DNA of 64,000 bases from positions 9,052,001 to 9,116,000 of the forward strand of contig NC_090357.1 of assembly GCF_035084215.1 (NCBI RefSeq). Direction: 5' to 3'. This document shows positions 25,759 through 37,800 of the stretch, piece by piece. Both the position numbers and the translations under genes were made by a program. Source of the DNA: Heptranchias perlo. Its lineage: Eukaryota. The notes beneath the pieces are model-generated. The model was given only the letters and a program-made list of their open reading frames with translations. It was not told where the DNA came from and ran no database searches. The stretch's first letter is position 1. Each line of letters starts with the position of its first letter.

Positions 25759-26712
25759 AGTGTAGAAATTTACAGATGTTTAAAGGTGCTGATTCTTTTG
25801 CCCCAGCGAGGGGCGGTTTGGATCCCGCGAAAGGGTACGGGATTCTCACGGATAATGACCATTCACAGGTGCATTCAGGAAATCTCCCCATTTCCCATAT
25901 GGCCAGTCTATCCTGGTCCCAGCACAGTAGCAACTTGTGCTTCTAGTGACTGACCTAGATCGGAATTACTAGTAAGGAGGACAGGTCCAGATACTCAAAC
26001 TCTCTGAAATATGCTGGGATATGAAAAATAAAATCTAGAGGCAGGAACATAGAGGAAGTAAGATTGGTCTGAGCATCTTTCCTGCCAGTTTCTGGCGGGC
26101 TTTCCCTGCACAGTATTCATTCCTGATTCATTTCAAGCTGCAGGCAAAACCCTTCAAAAATATCACCACTGACTAGTTGCCCATCCACAACATCAGTCGA
26201 ATGACTGGTGGTGCTCAGGGCAGACATATAGATTAACCAAGGACACGTCTCCCAATCAATCGCCGCAAACAGCAAGCGGACTAAGATCAACGTTTAGCAG
26301 ACACATGGAGGATTAAGGCCCCTTTCCCTGGAATTCTAACTGTGCTTCTCCGTCAGAATCCTCCCCTGCTCCTTCTCAAACCATTTTGGGAAACCGTATC
26401 GGATAATTAAAAAATATATAGAATGGTTTTCAGACGGTTACGTGTCGCCTGGTAAAAAGGCTGAACAATTCTACACTTCAAAAATGACAACTTAAGTTTT
26501 TTTTGGGGGGGTGGGTCCCAGATTGTAACCGAATTACGATCTACATCCGTTTGGCTGGAATGTTACAGCAGAGCATCGCAGGGGGGGGAAACAAGTCCGA
26601 AAACAGGTGTCGTTACATGTGGGCAACGTGTCCGATGCCTTTTGTTTTTTTTCGCTTATTTCACACGCGGGAAGACGAAGCGATCGCAGATGTTGCCCTT
26701 TTCCCACCGCTC

Positions 26713-27334
26713 GCTACAATGTATCAGCCGGGGGTCTGCTACAATGTATCGGCCGGGGGTTCGCTACAATGTATCAGCCGGGGGGGTTCGCAACAATGTA
26801 TCAGCCGGGGGTTTGCTACAATGTATCAGCCGGGGGGTTCGCCACAATGTATCAGCCGGGGGTTCGCTACAATGTATCAGCCGGGGGTTTGCTACAATGT
26901 ATCAGCCGGGGGGTCTGCTACAATGTATCAGCCGGGGGTCCGCTACAATGTATCAGCCGGGGGTTCGCTACAATGTATCAGCCGGGGGGTCTGCTACAAT
27001 GTATCAGCCGAGGGTTTGATACAATGTATCAGCCGGGGGGGATCGCTACAATGTATCAGCCGGGGGGGTTCGCAACAATGTATCAGCCGGGGGTTTGCCA
27101 CAATGTATCAGCCGGGGGTTTGCTACAATGTATCAGCCGGGGGGGGTTCGCTACAATGTATCAGCCGGGGGGTTCGCTACAATGTATCAGCCGGGGGTTT
27201 GCTACAATGTATCAGCCGGGGGTCTGCTACAATGTATCAGCCGAGGGTTTGCCACAATGTATCAGCCGGGGGTTTGCTACAATGTATCAGCCGGGGGAAC
27301 GCTACAATGTATCAGCCGGGGGGTTTTGCTACAA
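26713..27334. repeat. Minisatellite, 24 copies plus a partial copy of a 25-28 bp unit GCTACAATGTATCAGCC(G)5-8TTY
   Basis: Direct reading. The core ACAATGTATC is invariant, while the G-run length and flanking bases vary. Confidence 0.95.
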
Positions 27335-27745
27335 ACGGCGCGTCGACGCTTTGAAATGAACCAACCTCGGTCGCTCACGATACGTGGCTGTGACTTTGCC
27401 CACCGATGTCTCTCCCTCTCTCTCTCTCTCCTTCCGATCCTACGAAAGGGGGAAAAAAACTCACACACATTGGTACTGAAGCTATCGCGAGCGTTGGCCT
27501 CTTCCGCGCAAAAAAGACATTTAAAGGGTCATTGTACCTTTGAGAAATTGTTGAGAAACCCCAATGTGCTACATCTCCCAATATTTTCTAATCATTATTA
27601 TTATTTTTTTAATCTGTATGCTTTTGTGTGGCATTTTGAAATGTTACTCAATAGATTTAATTATGGTCTACAGACTGAAATGAGAACGCGATTTGCAATG
27701 TGCTTTACCTGCCTGCCAGCTCTCCCCCCTCACCACAAGTGTGTT

Positions 27746-27865
27746 GTCATGATGTGGAGATGCACCACGGTGATGGACTGGGGTGGACAAATGTAAGGAA
27801 TCTTACACCACCAGGTTATAGTGCAACAGTTGGACTATAACCTGGTGTTGTAAGATTCCTTACAA
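27746..27865 (-). mobile_element. Penelope-related short inverted-repeat element
   Basis: GATGTGGAGATGC...GATGGACTGGGGTGGACAAATGTAAGGAATCTTACA...GGACTATAACCTGGTGTTGTAAGATTCCTTACA. Related to 47230-47430 and 52690-52760. Confidence 0.7.
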
Positions 27866-28114
27866 GTGTGTTGTGTATAAGGGTTGATATTGCTTATCGT
27901 TCTGGTCAGTTTTATAATTCATATGGAGGCCAGTTTAAAAGGTACACGGACAAAATGTAGCGTCACCAGTGTGATTTGTTCAAAAAGGAAGTTTAGAATA
28001 ACTGAGTTCTGATGAGATTACCTTAACTAACTTTCTGTTTCATATGCTGACTAGCATCCTGTTTATTGCCAACATCTGTTCTTATCTCAGATTACCAGCA
28101 TTTTCAATTTATTT

Positions 28115-28575
28115 CAATTGGCTCACGGTCCATCAAATTTTAAAATTCTCACCCTTGTCTTCAAATCCCTCCAGGGCCTCACCCGTCCCTATCACTGTAA
28201 CCTCTCCCAGCTCTACGACCCTCCGAGAACTCTGCGTTCCTCCAACTCTGGCCTCGTGTGCATCTCCCACTTCCTTCGCCCCACCAGCGGCGGTCCTGCC
28301 TTCAGCCATCTAGACCTGAAGCTCTGGAATTTGCTCCCGAAACCTCTCCGCCTTTCCCTCCTCCTTTAAGACTCTCCTTAAAACCTACCTTTTTATATAT
28401 TTTTTTCTTTTTTAGGCTCCCCCCCCCCGCCTTAAAACCTACCTCTTTTGACCAAGCTTTATAGTCACCTGTCCTAATGTCTCCTTTTTTTGACTCGGTG
28501 TCAATATTTTTGTTTGATAACACTCCTGTGAAGCGCCTTGGGACGGTAAAGGCGCTATGTAAATGCAAGTTGTGG
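28115..28575 (+). mobile_element. L2-type LINE 3' end
   Basis: ORF FKILTLVFKSLQGL...LRSSNSG...AFSHLDLKLWNLLP, with the 3' tail GCGCTATGTAAATGCAAGTTG. Confidence 0.75.
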
Positions 28576-28589
28576 TCGCTGTTGACTTT

Positions 28590-28800
28590 GGTCATCCGCC
28601 GCAGAGGGCGCTGTGCGGCGGGACACCGGACGGTGCCCATCGCCCAGGGCTCTTAAAGGCGATGGTTCTTCGCGACCTCCCCTTTAATGATTTCGCCGAC
28701 TTTTAATGAGCCTCTGTTAGGCGTCGGCGGTTTTGTGATGTGAGCGGGTTGGGTGACTGCTCGAGTGTCCGAACCCGAGTCCCGGGGCTTCGGCCTCCCG
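28590..28800 (+). promoter_or_regulatory. CpG-rich CENATAC promoter/5'UTR with a CTCF-like motif
   Basis: GC/CpG-rich stretch directly before ATG 28801. GCCGCAGAGGGCGCTG at 28598-28613 resembles the CTCF core. Confidence 0.5.
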
Positions 28801-31800
28801 ATGGGTAACAACAAGAAAAAGAAGAAGAAGAAGAGGGTGGCGGCGGAGGCGGCGCCGGGGGCAGCGTTTTACTGCGAGGTTTGCAGACAGACTTTCTTCG
28901 GCGGCCGGGGACATGTTTACGGGCTGAAGCACCAGGAGAGGCTCGGGGCGCTGCTAGGCCGCTTCTTGCAGAAGGTAATGAGGGGAGGAGGGGAGAGAGA
29001 GAGAGACCCTGGGACAGGGGGCTGGGAGATAGACCGCTCTTAAAGGCGCTGTGTCTGCGAATAAACAGGTGGCAGGTGGTTTTTTTTTGTGTGGGGAAGG
29101 GGCTGCTCCTGGTCTGTCAGCTGCTGAAAGGGTTTTGACTCCAATCTGCCCCAACTGAGCTGTGTTTGTCAACAACAGGAAAATGCTATTTTTTTTCATG
29201 AAGGCATTGCCCCTTTTAAAAGGTCTTCTGCTGTGTAAACATAACCCTATATATATAACCCTATATTCCACATCGTTCACCTGAGGAAGGAGGTAGCCTC
29301 CGAAAGCTTGTGAATTTAAAATAAAATTGCTGGACTATAACTTGGTGTTGTAAAATTGTTTACAATTATATATATATATATATATATACACACACAAACA
29401 CACACACGGAAACAATTACTTCAATTGACTCCAATTTATACCTTGCAATTCACCTAGGAGAATCTTGGCTCACCTGTGCCAACTCTGGATGTTAATGGAA
29501 CCCTGCAGACTGCACTATTGCAAACAGGGTAATGAGACACTGCCCCCAAGACTATTGCAACATCACAAGCTGCTGTAGGTGATACAGGATCCCCATCGGT
29601 AAATTGGGAGATTAATAATTTATATGAACTGCTCACGAAGGTACCACATAGTCTTTGTATTACATTTGTCAAAAAGGAATTTAATTTTCTTTCTTCCTTC
29701 CCCCCCCCCCCCGCCACCATGGAATTGGTCCATCCTTCCTCTAGTTCAGATGGTGATCGACCTGAGCCTGTAATATCTGTCATTATTTGCCACTGCGATA
29801 TGCCACCTATAAATTGGCATGCACGTGTAATCCGAGCTTGCAATGTGCAAAATTACAACATCGACAAGATGCTCTAAGCATCAGTCCACTTGTGTTCATT
29901 TTACCTACCTTTGAAGGTGAGACACTCTCACTTTTTTAAGGTATCTTTCTCTTCTATTCCTACTTGATCTGCCAATTTTTGACATCTCTGGTTACATTTT
30001 ACTTTTTTCCTTCTTCTCTCCTGAAGCCATTGGCTCCTTGCTGGTGTCTCCTTCACGGATGGCAGTGGCCATTATTCATTCATAAGCCCTGACAGTCTGT
30101 GTTGGTAAGCTATTTGACTGCAAGGGGCACCACATATGAACCCAAGCCCTTCCTTGCAAGACAAATACGGACAAACACACGCACTTGAAGCAGAGGCAAG
30201 GTAGCTGGATAATTATTAGCAGCAGGAACCTGATTAATTTTCCTCCTGCACCTCGGGGGCACTGAGGCCAACTGTAGCATCCCTATCATCACTCCAGATG
30301 AGATCAGCTTACTCAGCACAGAGTAGGGAATGATATTTGGAGCTTCCTAATCTCTGTGGCTCAACCATTAACTGGATAAACTCACCGAGCCATCGGGGAA
30401 GCCTGTTTCTATCTTGTGTGATGGCTGAGAGGGCAGGGTCACCAGGTCCCGCACCTTTGTCAGAGTCTCTCTGAAATGGGCCAATCAGAGTTGTGTAAGA
30501 CAATGCTGTGCCTCAGCTAAAACTGGCAATTCAGTGTGTATGCGCGCACTTTCTGTTTCTAAAAGGAATAAGCAAGTCCATGGTGGTAGAATTGCAACAT
30601 TAGTGATCCTATCATCAATACTGCCAAAAAAACAATCGCAGCTAATTCAACAACATCTTTAAGAACGTATGCAGTTATGTTGGTAATTGGAGTCAGATAC
30701 AGAAGGGCACACAGTGATTGATTTTTTTTCTTTATTATGTAACAAATGTTGGACAGTGCATCTGTTTTGAAAAAAAAATTGTATTTCTAAATTATTCTAT
30801 AACTGATGTCTACGAGCAGTGGGTTTCATTCCATTGAGTGACATCAGCCAGCAGTAAAAATCCGACCACTGCCTACTGGGGCCTCAAGTCACAAGCTGTA
30901 ATCGGGCTCAGCCATTCACTCTTTTTAACCTTCAGGATATAATCAAAACCACCACTTTTAGTGTTCAGATTATAATTGATAAATATTATCCCAGAGCTTA
31001 CAGAAAGAAGTGACCTTGATGCCTTCCAGCTCTGGGTTTTGTACAGCATAGTTGCACACTTCACTTACATTTGGGATAACAGTTTACCATTGTGGCCAGT
31101 ACCTGAAATTCTTTACACTGTACAATCTACTCTTAATTTGAAGTTTCTAAATTGAAATGTCAGTTAATTGAAATCATGCACAAAACAACATCTGTGCTGT
31201 TTTGTTAAAATTCAAGCCATTGGAAAATTTGATTTTTTTTTCAAGCAAAAAAAAAGTAGATTGTGAGGGTGGTGGCATTCCTGAAAGCTCCTACGTCAAT
31301 GTTACTTCAATCAATTTGCACCCGGTTACAAGGTCGTTATTCACCCGTGTGTCTATTGAATTTAGGTCAACAGGATCTATTCTTATTAACTAATAGAGAA
31401 TAACACAATGTTATAATTCGAGCTCATGCCAGATATTCTCTTATGCCTGGTGTAAAAAGTCTATAGGCAAGCCCTCATCTGTCTGAACCGAAATGTGCCC
31501 TTCTCTTCGAAGTAATCTGGGACAGCAGGCCGTAGGGTGAACAATGAATTGTTGTCACCGTTCATCCTTTACTGTTGAGATCCCAAATGATTTCTTGGGT
31601 ACCTTATCAGATGCTCAATCTCTTTGACTGACCACACTGATGAAGGTAAGACTTAGAATAAAAACTACACATCAAGTTTATGAAGAAGTAAACTGTGTGG
31701 ATAGTCACGGGTGTGAAGCTCCATCTTGTACTCCATAATGTTGTTATCACTTCCATTCATCCCCATCTCTGCTGCCTTCCTCAGTGTGAAAACATTTAGC

Positions 31801-34800
31801 ACATTTCGAGCTAGTTATTGGAGATGTTGATAGGGTTGGATGAAGTAGGGTGGGAGGAGGCTCGCGTGAAGCGTAAACATCTGCACGGATCATTTGGGCC
31901 GAATGACCTGTTTCTAGTGCCGTACGTTGTATATAATGTGAGACAAAGGAAGAGTTACTTGTCTGCCAAGTTTTCAACAACAAAAAAAAATATTCTGCAC
32001 TTAAATTAAGAACCTGACAGAAAGGTACTGCCAGGCTTTCAAACAAATCCATGTTTCCTGTTTATTTTTGTAAAAGTTGTAAATCTGATGAGTACAATCG
32101 AAAGAAGCTCACAAAGGAACGGAGGTCCCTCTAAAGGTGGTTGCTGTTGTTCCCCAGGTTGAGGACGCTCAGAAGGTTCTTAAAGAAGTGAAAGTGGAGA
32201 AATATGACTTCACGGAGCATGAGCAGAACTTCTGGTGCTACTGCTGCAAGGGGGAGGTGAAGAAAAACATCACTAACGGGAGCCTCGCTGTGGTGTACGG
32301 GGGGCTGCTTGAACACTTTGTAAGGTACTGGAGCAGGGGGAGCATCTCTTTCCCACTTTGTCGTTATAGAATAAACAATTTCCTGTCGCAGTGAAGGAAA
32401 ATTCCAGTGACCACTACTGACGGCCATTGCAAATATTCTGTGCTCGTTGCCCTAAAGGTTAACTTTATTCGCAACAAAGTAAGAAGCACTAGTATCTTAG
32501 TAGATGTGGTTGATATGATTGTTCTTCAAATGCTAATTTTCTGACTTTCTTGTGTAGCTCAGAACACTTGAAGCAAACCAACAAATTCTGGTGGGAAAAC
32601 AAAGCTGACATTAAACTGAAAGACAAGTTTCTACTGTCCGGAGAAGCTTATGAGAAGTAAGTGGTGGATTCAACTCTGCAATTGGATGCTGTATTGTCAA
32701 AAAATTGACTTTATTTAAGTCAGTAGCAAGAGCACGTTCAAACTCCTTTTGAGTTCATTTCCAGCACATGGTGAACGTCCTGATCTCACTGGGTAGAAAT
32801 TGTCACTGCACAGGTTAGAGCAGGACAGAAAATAATGGAATGGTTAAACCTAGGTCCTGCTGGTATACCTCCAGCAGCTGGTCACAAGAACAGCAATGGC
32901 AGAGGCCTGAGTGGTTATGGAATGTCACATGGCCTAAAAGGGGGAATGGGACCCATTTTGAAGCAGTCCTACAATGTTGCTCGACACACTGTCCCACAGT
33001 GATAGAAGAACAGATACGAACGTACGAAAATGACAGGCAGGAAAAGACCAACCGGTCTGTTAAGCCTGTCCCATACAGTCATGCCACATCCGAGCATCAT
33101 GATCTGCAATGATCCCACCCGCCAGCAGCCTTAAAATCTCCTGGAAGAGGCAAAAAAAACATAGGCCAATTTGGGGATAAAAGGAATTTTGGGAAATTCC
33201 TCTCCAACCCTTCAGGGCAATCAAGCAAGTTCCAGGAGACCACTATGAACATAAGACACGCTAACCAACAACCCACCTACCTTCTGTACGCAGTGCTATC
33301 AGTCAGGAACTCGTCCAGCTCCCCTTTGAATGCCTGCGGTAAATCCGGAATCACTGCACGAGCCGGCAACCTGTTCCTATGTTTGCCCATATGATATTCT
33401 TGACCATGTCTTTGAGGGAGATGCAGGCTGATTACACGGTACTTTTAACTGAGGTTTGGGGCAAGTTGCCTACCTGCTTCCTTAATTAGGGACTTGCCTA
33501 TGGTACGGGAAACCAATTAGCAGGGAAGGACAATGTACTTTAAAATGAGGTCAAAATATATTTTTTTTTCCCGTATTTTATTAAGGTTCAAAACAGCTGT
33601 TGCAAAAGCAGTAGAAAACTATGAAGAGAAGGAGGATGAATATATTAAACAGGTATTTGTCAGTTAAATTGGTGAATGGGGTTGTGTGCAGTGTTACCAT
33701 TACTTCACGTCTTGCACATCTCGGCTGCATTGTTGCTGAGTGGGAGCACGAGGCCTCCCAGACAGATGGAAAGATTGGCGGGAACATCATCGGGCTCGAC
33801 CATGCAACACCGTGTAGCCTGTACAGCTTGAGGTTTAGAAATATATTGCCTGCCTACACTCTCAACTGGGGGAGACACAATGGGGGGAGGATTGTGGTGG
33901 AACAAAATTTTTAGTTTGTTGAGGAGAAGGAGGCTGATTGGTGTAGTAATGCTATAACAAAGAATTAGTAGCCCCTCTTTCTCAACCATTTAAAGCAATT
34001 AGATTCATGCATGCTGTAAATCCTCTGAGTGACACATTTCCGTAGTCAAAATTATGGTGCATGTACCTGTGTTTATGGAGGAGAAAATCTAATAGTGTTA
34101 TTTAAATAAAACCACAGTGACTACTGATAGAATGTAGAGGTATGTTTTCCAACCAGTGCTGTTGAACGAGCTTGTACTAAAGTCCTCTGGGCTTTTTGTA
34201 ACTCTGGTGTTAACCCATTTATACGGGAACAATGCTGGTCAGAAAATATATCCTATGCCCTCCTAGTGCTGAGGATCTGCAAGGGACACTCTTGGTTATT
34301 GCTCCAAAGAAGCTCTGTCTGACATCTGACTAAGGCAATAATAGTTGAAATCACTCTGTGATATTGTTTATGAAGATGTTAATGTATTTGTATGGGGGTT
34401 AACCCACCCATCTTATTTTAAACAGATTAATGTTTTCATTCAAATAGCAGATGGTGGAATTTAATACAAACCCACATTTGTTACTAATAATGCATTGTGT
34501 GTGTTTGTGTAGTGCTCCATTCTTTTTAAAAACAACAATTTGTAAAGGCAGGCCTGTTGTTTTCTACTGCTTAATGGATTCCATTGTGTCTCTTGACTTT
34601 TTCACTCCAGTAATGAATGATTTTCACATGTCATCTTGTGGATTCTCTGTAGGAAGCAGAATATATTCGAGAAGTGGAACGGAGAAGACAGGAAGTGGTG
34701 CAGGCTGCCTTTGAGGTTGGTTTTACCTGGATGAGCCTGAACAGTATCCATGGCAACTGTTGTGTTTTATACCTACTGATCTATAAATTGCACAATGATT

Positions 34801-37800
34801 CTGAAAGGTCTAAATTAGGCTCCCCTGATGGCTTGCTGTTAAAGCAGTGTGTAGTTAAGCCATAGGAAGATCCCAGATTTGGTTCCTGATGTGCTGTTTT
34901 AGCTGATCTCGGTGAGGGCATTGTTAAGGGTGCTACAATTGGCCTCAAGTGCACTTAGGGTTAGAGAGGGAAGTTAGGCAACTAGAATTCTTGATGTCGA
35001 TCGCTATCCAGCAACTCTGCCCCTTCTCCTCCTCCTCACCCCCCATTGGAAGTGTTTGTGTATTGATGTTGCGTGAGGACAGGATTTGGCTTGGCTTGAC
35101 TCTAATTGATTCCACCAGGGGCAAATAGCCTACCAACATTATCTGTCAAGGCTCGCAGAATTTAGCCACTTGGGTGAGGTAGCAGAGTGTGAGTGGCAAC
35201 AGTGGGACATACCCCAGCCAGAGCTGTAGCCTTCAGAGAGGAGAGAATTTTTTTTTTTTTAAAAAAGATGAGGGAATTACAAAATTTGAAGTGATGCTGT
35301 GTTTTTCACTTTATTCAAACCAAACAGAGCTCCTATCAAAAGCAACTGCTTTAATTCCCACAAAACTGGATCATAGAGTTGACCTTTCCTTTTGAAAAGT
35401 AGAGCAGTTATTTGCAGTAATGTCCCTGAGCAAGTTTCCGTTCATGTAGGAACACTTTACTCCCACTTGTACTTTTGTTATTCATCTGATTTCTAACTTT
35501 TGATTTGACTATGCAGTGGAGGAAATTGACCCAATTGTAATTCCTCCATTCTATAAACAGTTTTAGGAAATGAGCAGAGAAATGGGATTCAAGTAGATGG
35601 CTCCAGTTCAATGGGCTGAATGGCCTCACCCTGTGCTCTACTTTCTATGGTTCCATTCCTTTTTTATATACATTTGTTGATAGAAATCTCTGAATCTGCA
35701 ATCAGAATTGCATTCCTCCAACCTGGTTAGTCCCAGACCTCAGCTGTACTTTCAAAGGCAAAATGTGTTGTTTCTGCTGAATTAAGAGATGGAGTGTATT
35801 GGACAGAGTAAAAATGGATGGTGTGTTCAAAAAGAAAATTAGAGGGAGCCATGTAATAAATACTGAGATTATTAATACAGCCTCTCTCACTACTGGAAAA
35901 TTGGCTCCTAAACTGCATTTTAGTGAGAGTGGATATATTTTGAGTTTTCTACCTGTGTCTTTAAAGAAAATTGAACATCTTTGTCTGACTGTACCCTGGA
36001 ATGAGTCTGTGTCTTCAGGGGAGGGGGGAAATGAGGATTTTCTTAAACTGTGAGTTCAAAGTTTATATATACAAATTATATTTTCCAATAGGTGCATCTT
36101 TTTTTTTCTCTCTCCAGTTCACTATTGGGAATAATTTTAAAACAGATCCTCTAAAAATGGATGTAGTAAATATATCCTTAACTATACAGTTATTCCACAA
36201 AGCAGACATTATTTACTTTGGTTGTAATGGTTTGTCATCTGTATTTGATACAGTGTACTACTCTACTCACGTTAATATTTCCTAGACTGGCACATTTGAG
36301 CACCAGTCTTTCATTTTAGGAAACAGGACGCAAAATGAGGATGTCTGGAAATTGAAAAGTATTGATTTGCTTTCGAAGTGTTTCTCTTTCCTCCCCTCCA
36401 CCCCTTGGTATTTGCTGTTCCTCGTGGTTTCACACAACCCACCCTAACTGGGGTAGGAGCTCTAGATTTCCATTTCAGTCAGTCACTGCTGCTGTGTTCT
36501 GCAAGCATGCAATGTCGTTCAAGCAGGGCGAGCCAGCCTTTGCCCACTGCCCCTAAGGGTCTAAGGTAGAGGACATTCTCGGATCTTATATTTGTGTTGT
36601 CTAACAATACATCAGACAGCTTTATAACATGGGATGGATGTGACTCCTGTACCCAGTCCTGAGATCTGCCTATGCAGGTGAGGAGAATTGAGTTTATAGC
36701 AGTGAGTCCGTTGTCCAAATAGTGTAGGGGGAGCACATGCAAAGTGAAGTAGAATGCATTGTGGAATATGTCCTATTTACCAAGATCACCCTAATCTTAG
36801 AGAATAAGACTTGTGTAAATATTAATTATGTCGACCACTGGAGTTGAACACCTGGAAGCTGCTCAGATTTATTACAAAGCATTACAGATGAATATTTGGG
36901 TGCTTATGCATCTCTATTGCAATAGATGTGTTGATGCTGTATTTTAAACTTTAAGAAAAATAGTGTTGATTTTTCCTGAATCAAAACCAGCCACAGGCAG
37001 AGCAGACTTCTTTCGATGGACTCCCAGTGTTTGCAATCGATCACTATGACAGGTAAGAGAAAGGTGTTTTCCTTTATTAAATCTATACTGGTATGCTATA
37101 AGAACATAAGAAATAGGAGCAGGAGTAGGCCATACGGCCCCTTAAGCCTGCTGCGCCATTCATTAAGATCATGGCTGATCTTCTGCCTCAAATCCACTTT
37201 TGCACCCTATCCTCATATCCCTTAATGTCCAAAAATCTATCGATCTCAGTCTTGTACAAATTCTATATAAATTCATTGAGTATATTCATCATCACGACAG
37301 CCATTCCTACCTGTGACACGTTTAGGCTACGTGCTCCAAGAGCAACAATTGGCTTCATTGTTCCTGGGCTAGGGAGAGGAAAAATTTGCCAGGGTTCCCA
37401 CTCCTGATTGCTATCCATTGACCACTGTTGGAAAGTGCTTATTTGTGAATGTTGAGTAAGGGCAGGGGCAGGATCAGGCTCTTCGGTGTGATCTCCCACG
37501 CCCGAACCTTCATTATCAAGACTTGCATGTGAAGATTGACCAGGTATTGGATGACAATAAGATACTGGAAGGCTGCTAGCACTAGTGGGACCATACCGCA
37601 GTAAGAGTTACATAAATCGAGAGGCATTGCTGTAATTCTAACAATTTGTCCCACATCCCAGAATATCTCCCTCTGTCTCTAGTTCCTGGAGAACATGTTC
37701 CTTAGCATTTGCAAGTCCTCCCCATGCTCTTATTATGATGTGTAATCTCAGAGGCCAAAGCTCTCACTGTTACCTGAATCTCAACTTGTGGGATGAGTCT

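Noticed and set aside
26503-27796. Long repetitive ORFs and a CRISPR-like appearance of the array
   Set aside because: It is a head-to-tail minisatellite with no unique spacers and no cas genes, in eukaryotic DNA. The ORFs are frame-cycling artefacts.
1-28700. FOXR1/UPK2, expected from human synteny
   Set aside because: No forkhead or uroplakin-like coding sequence was recognised in this interval.
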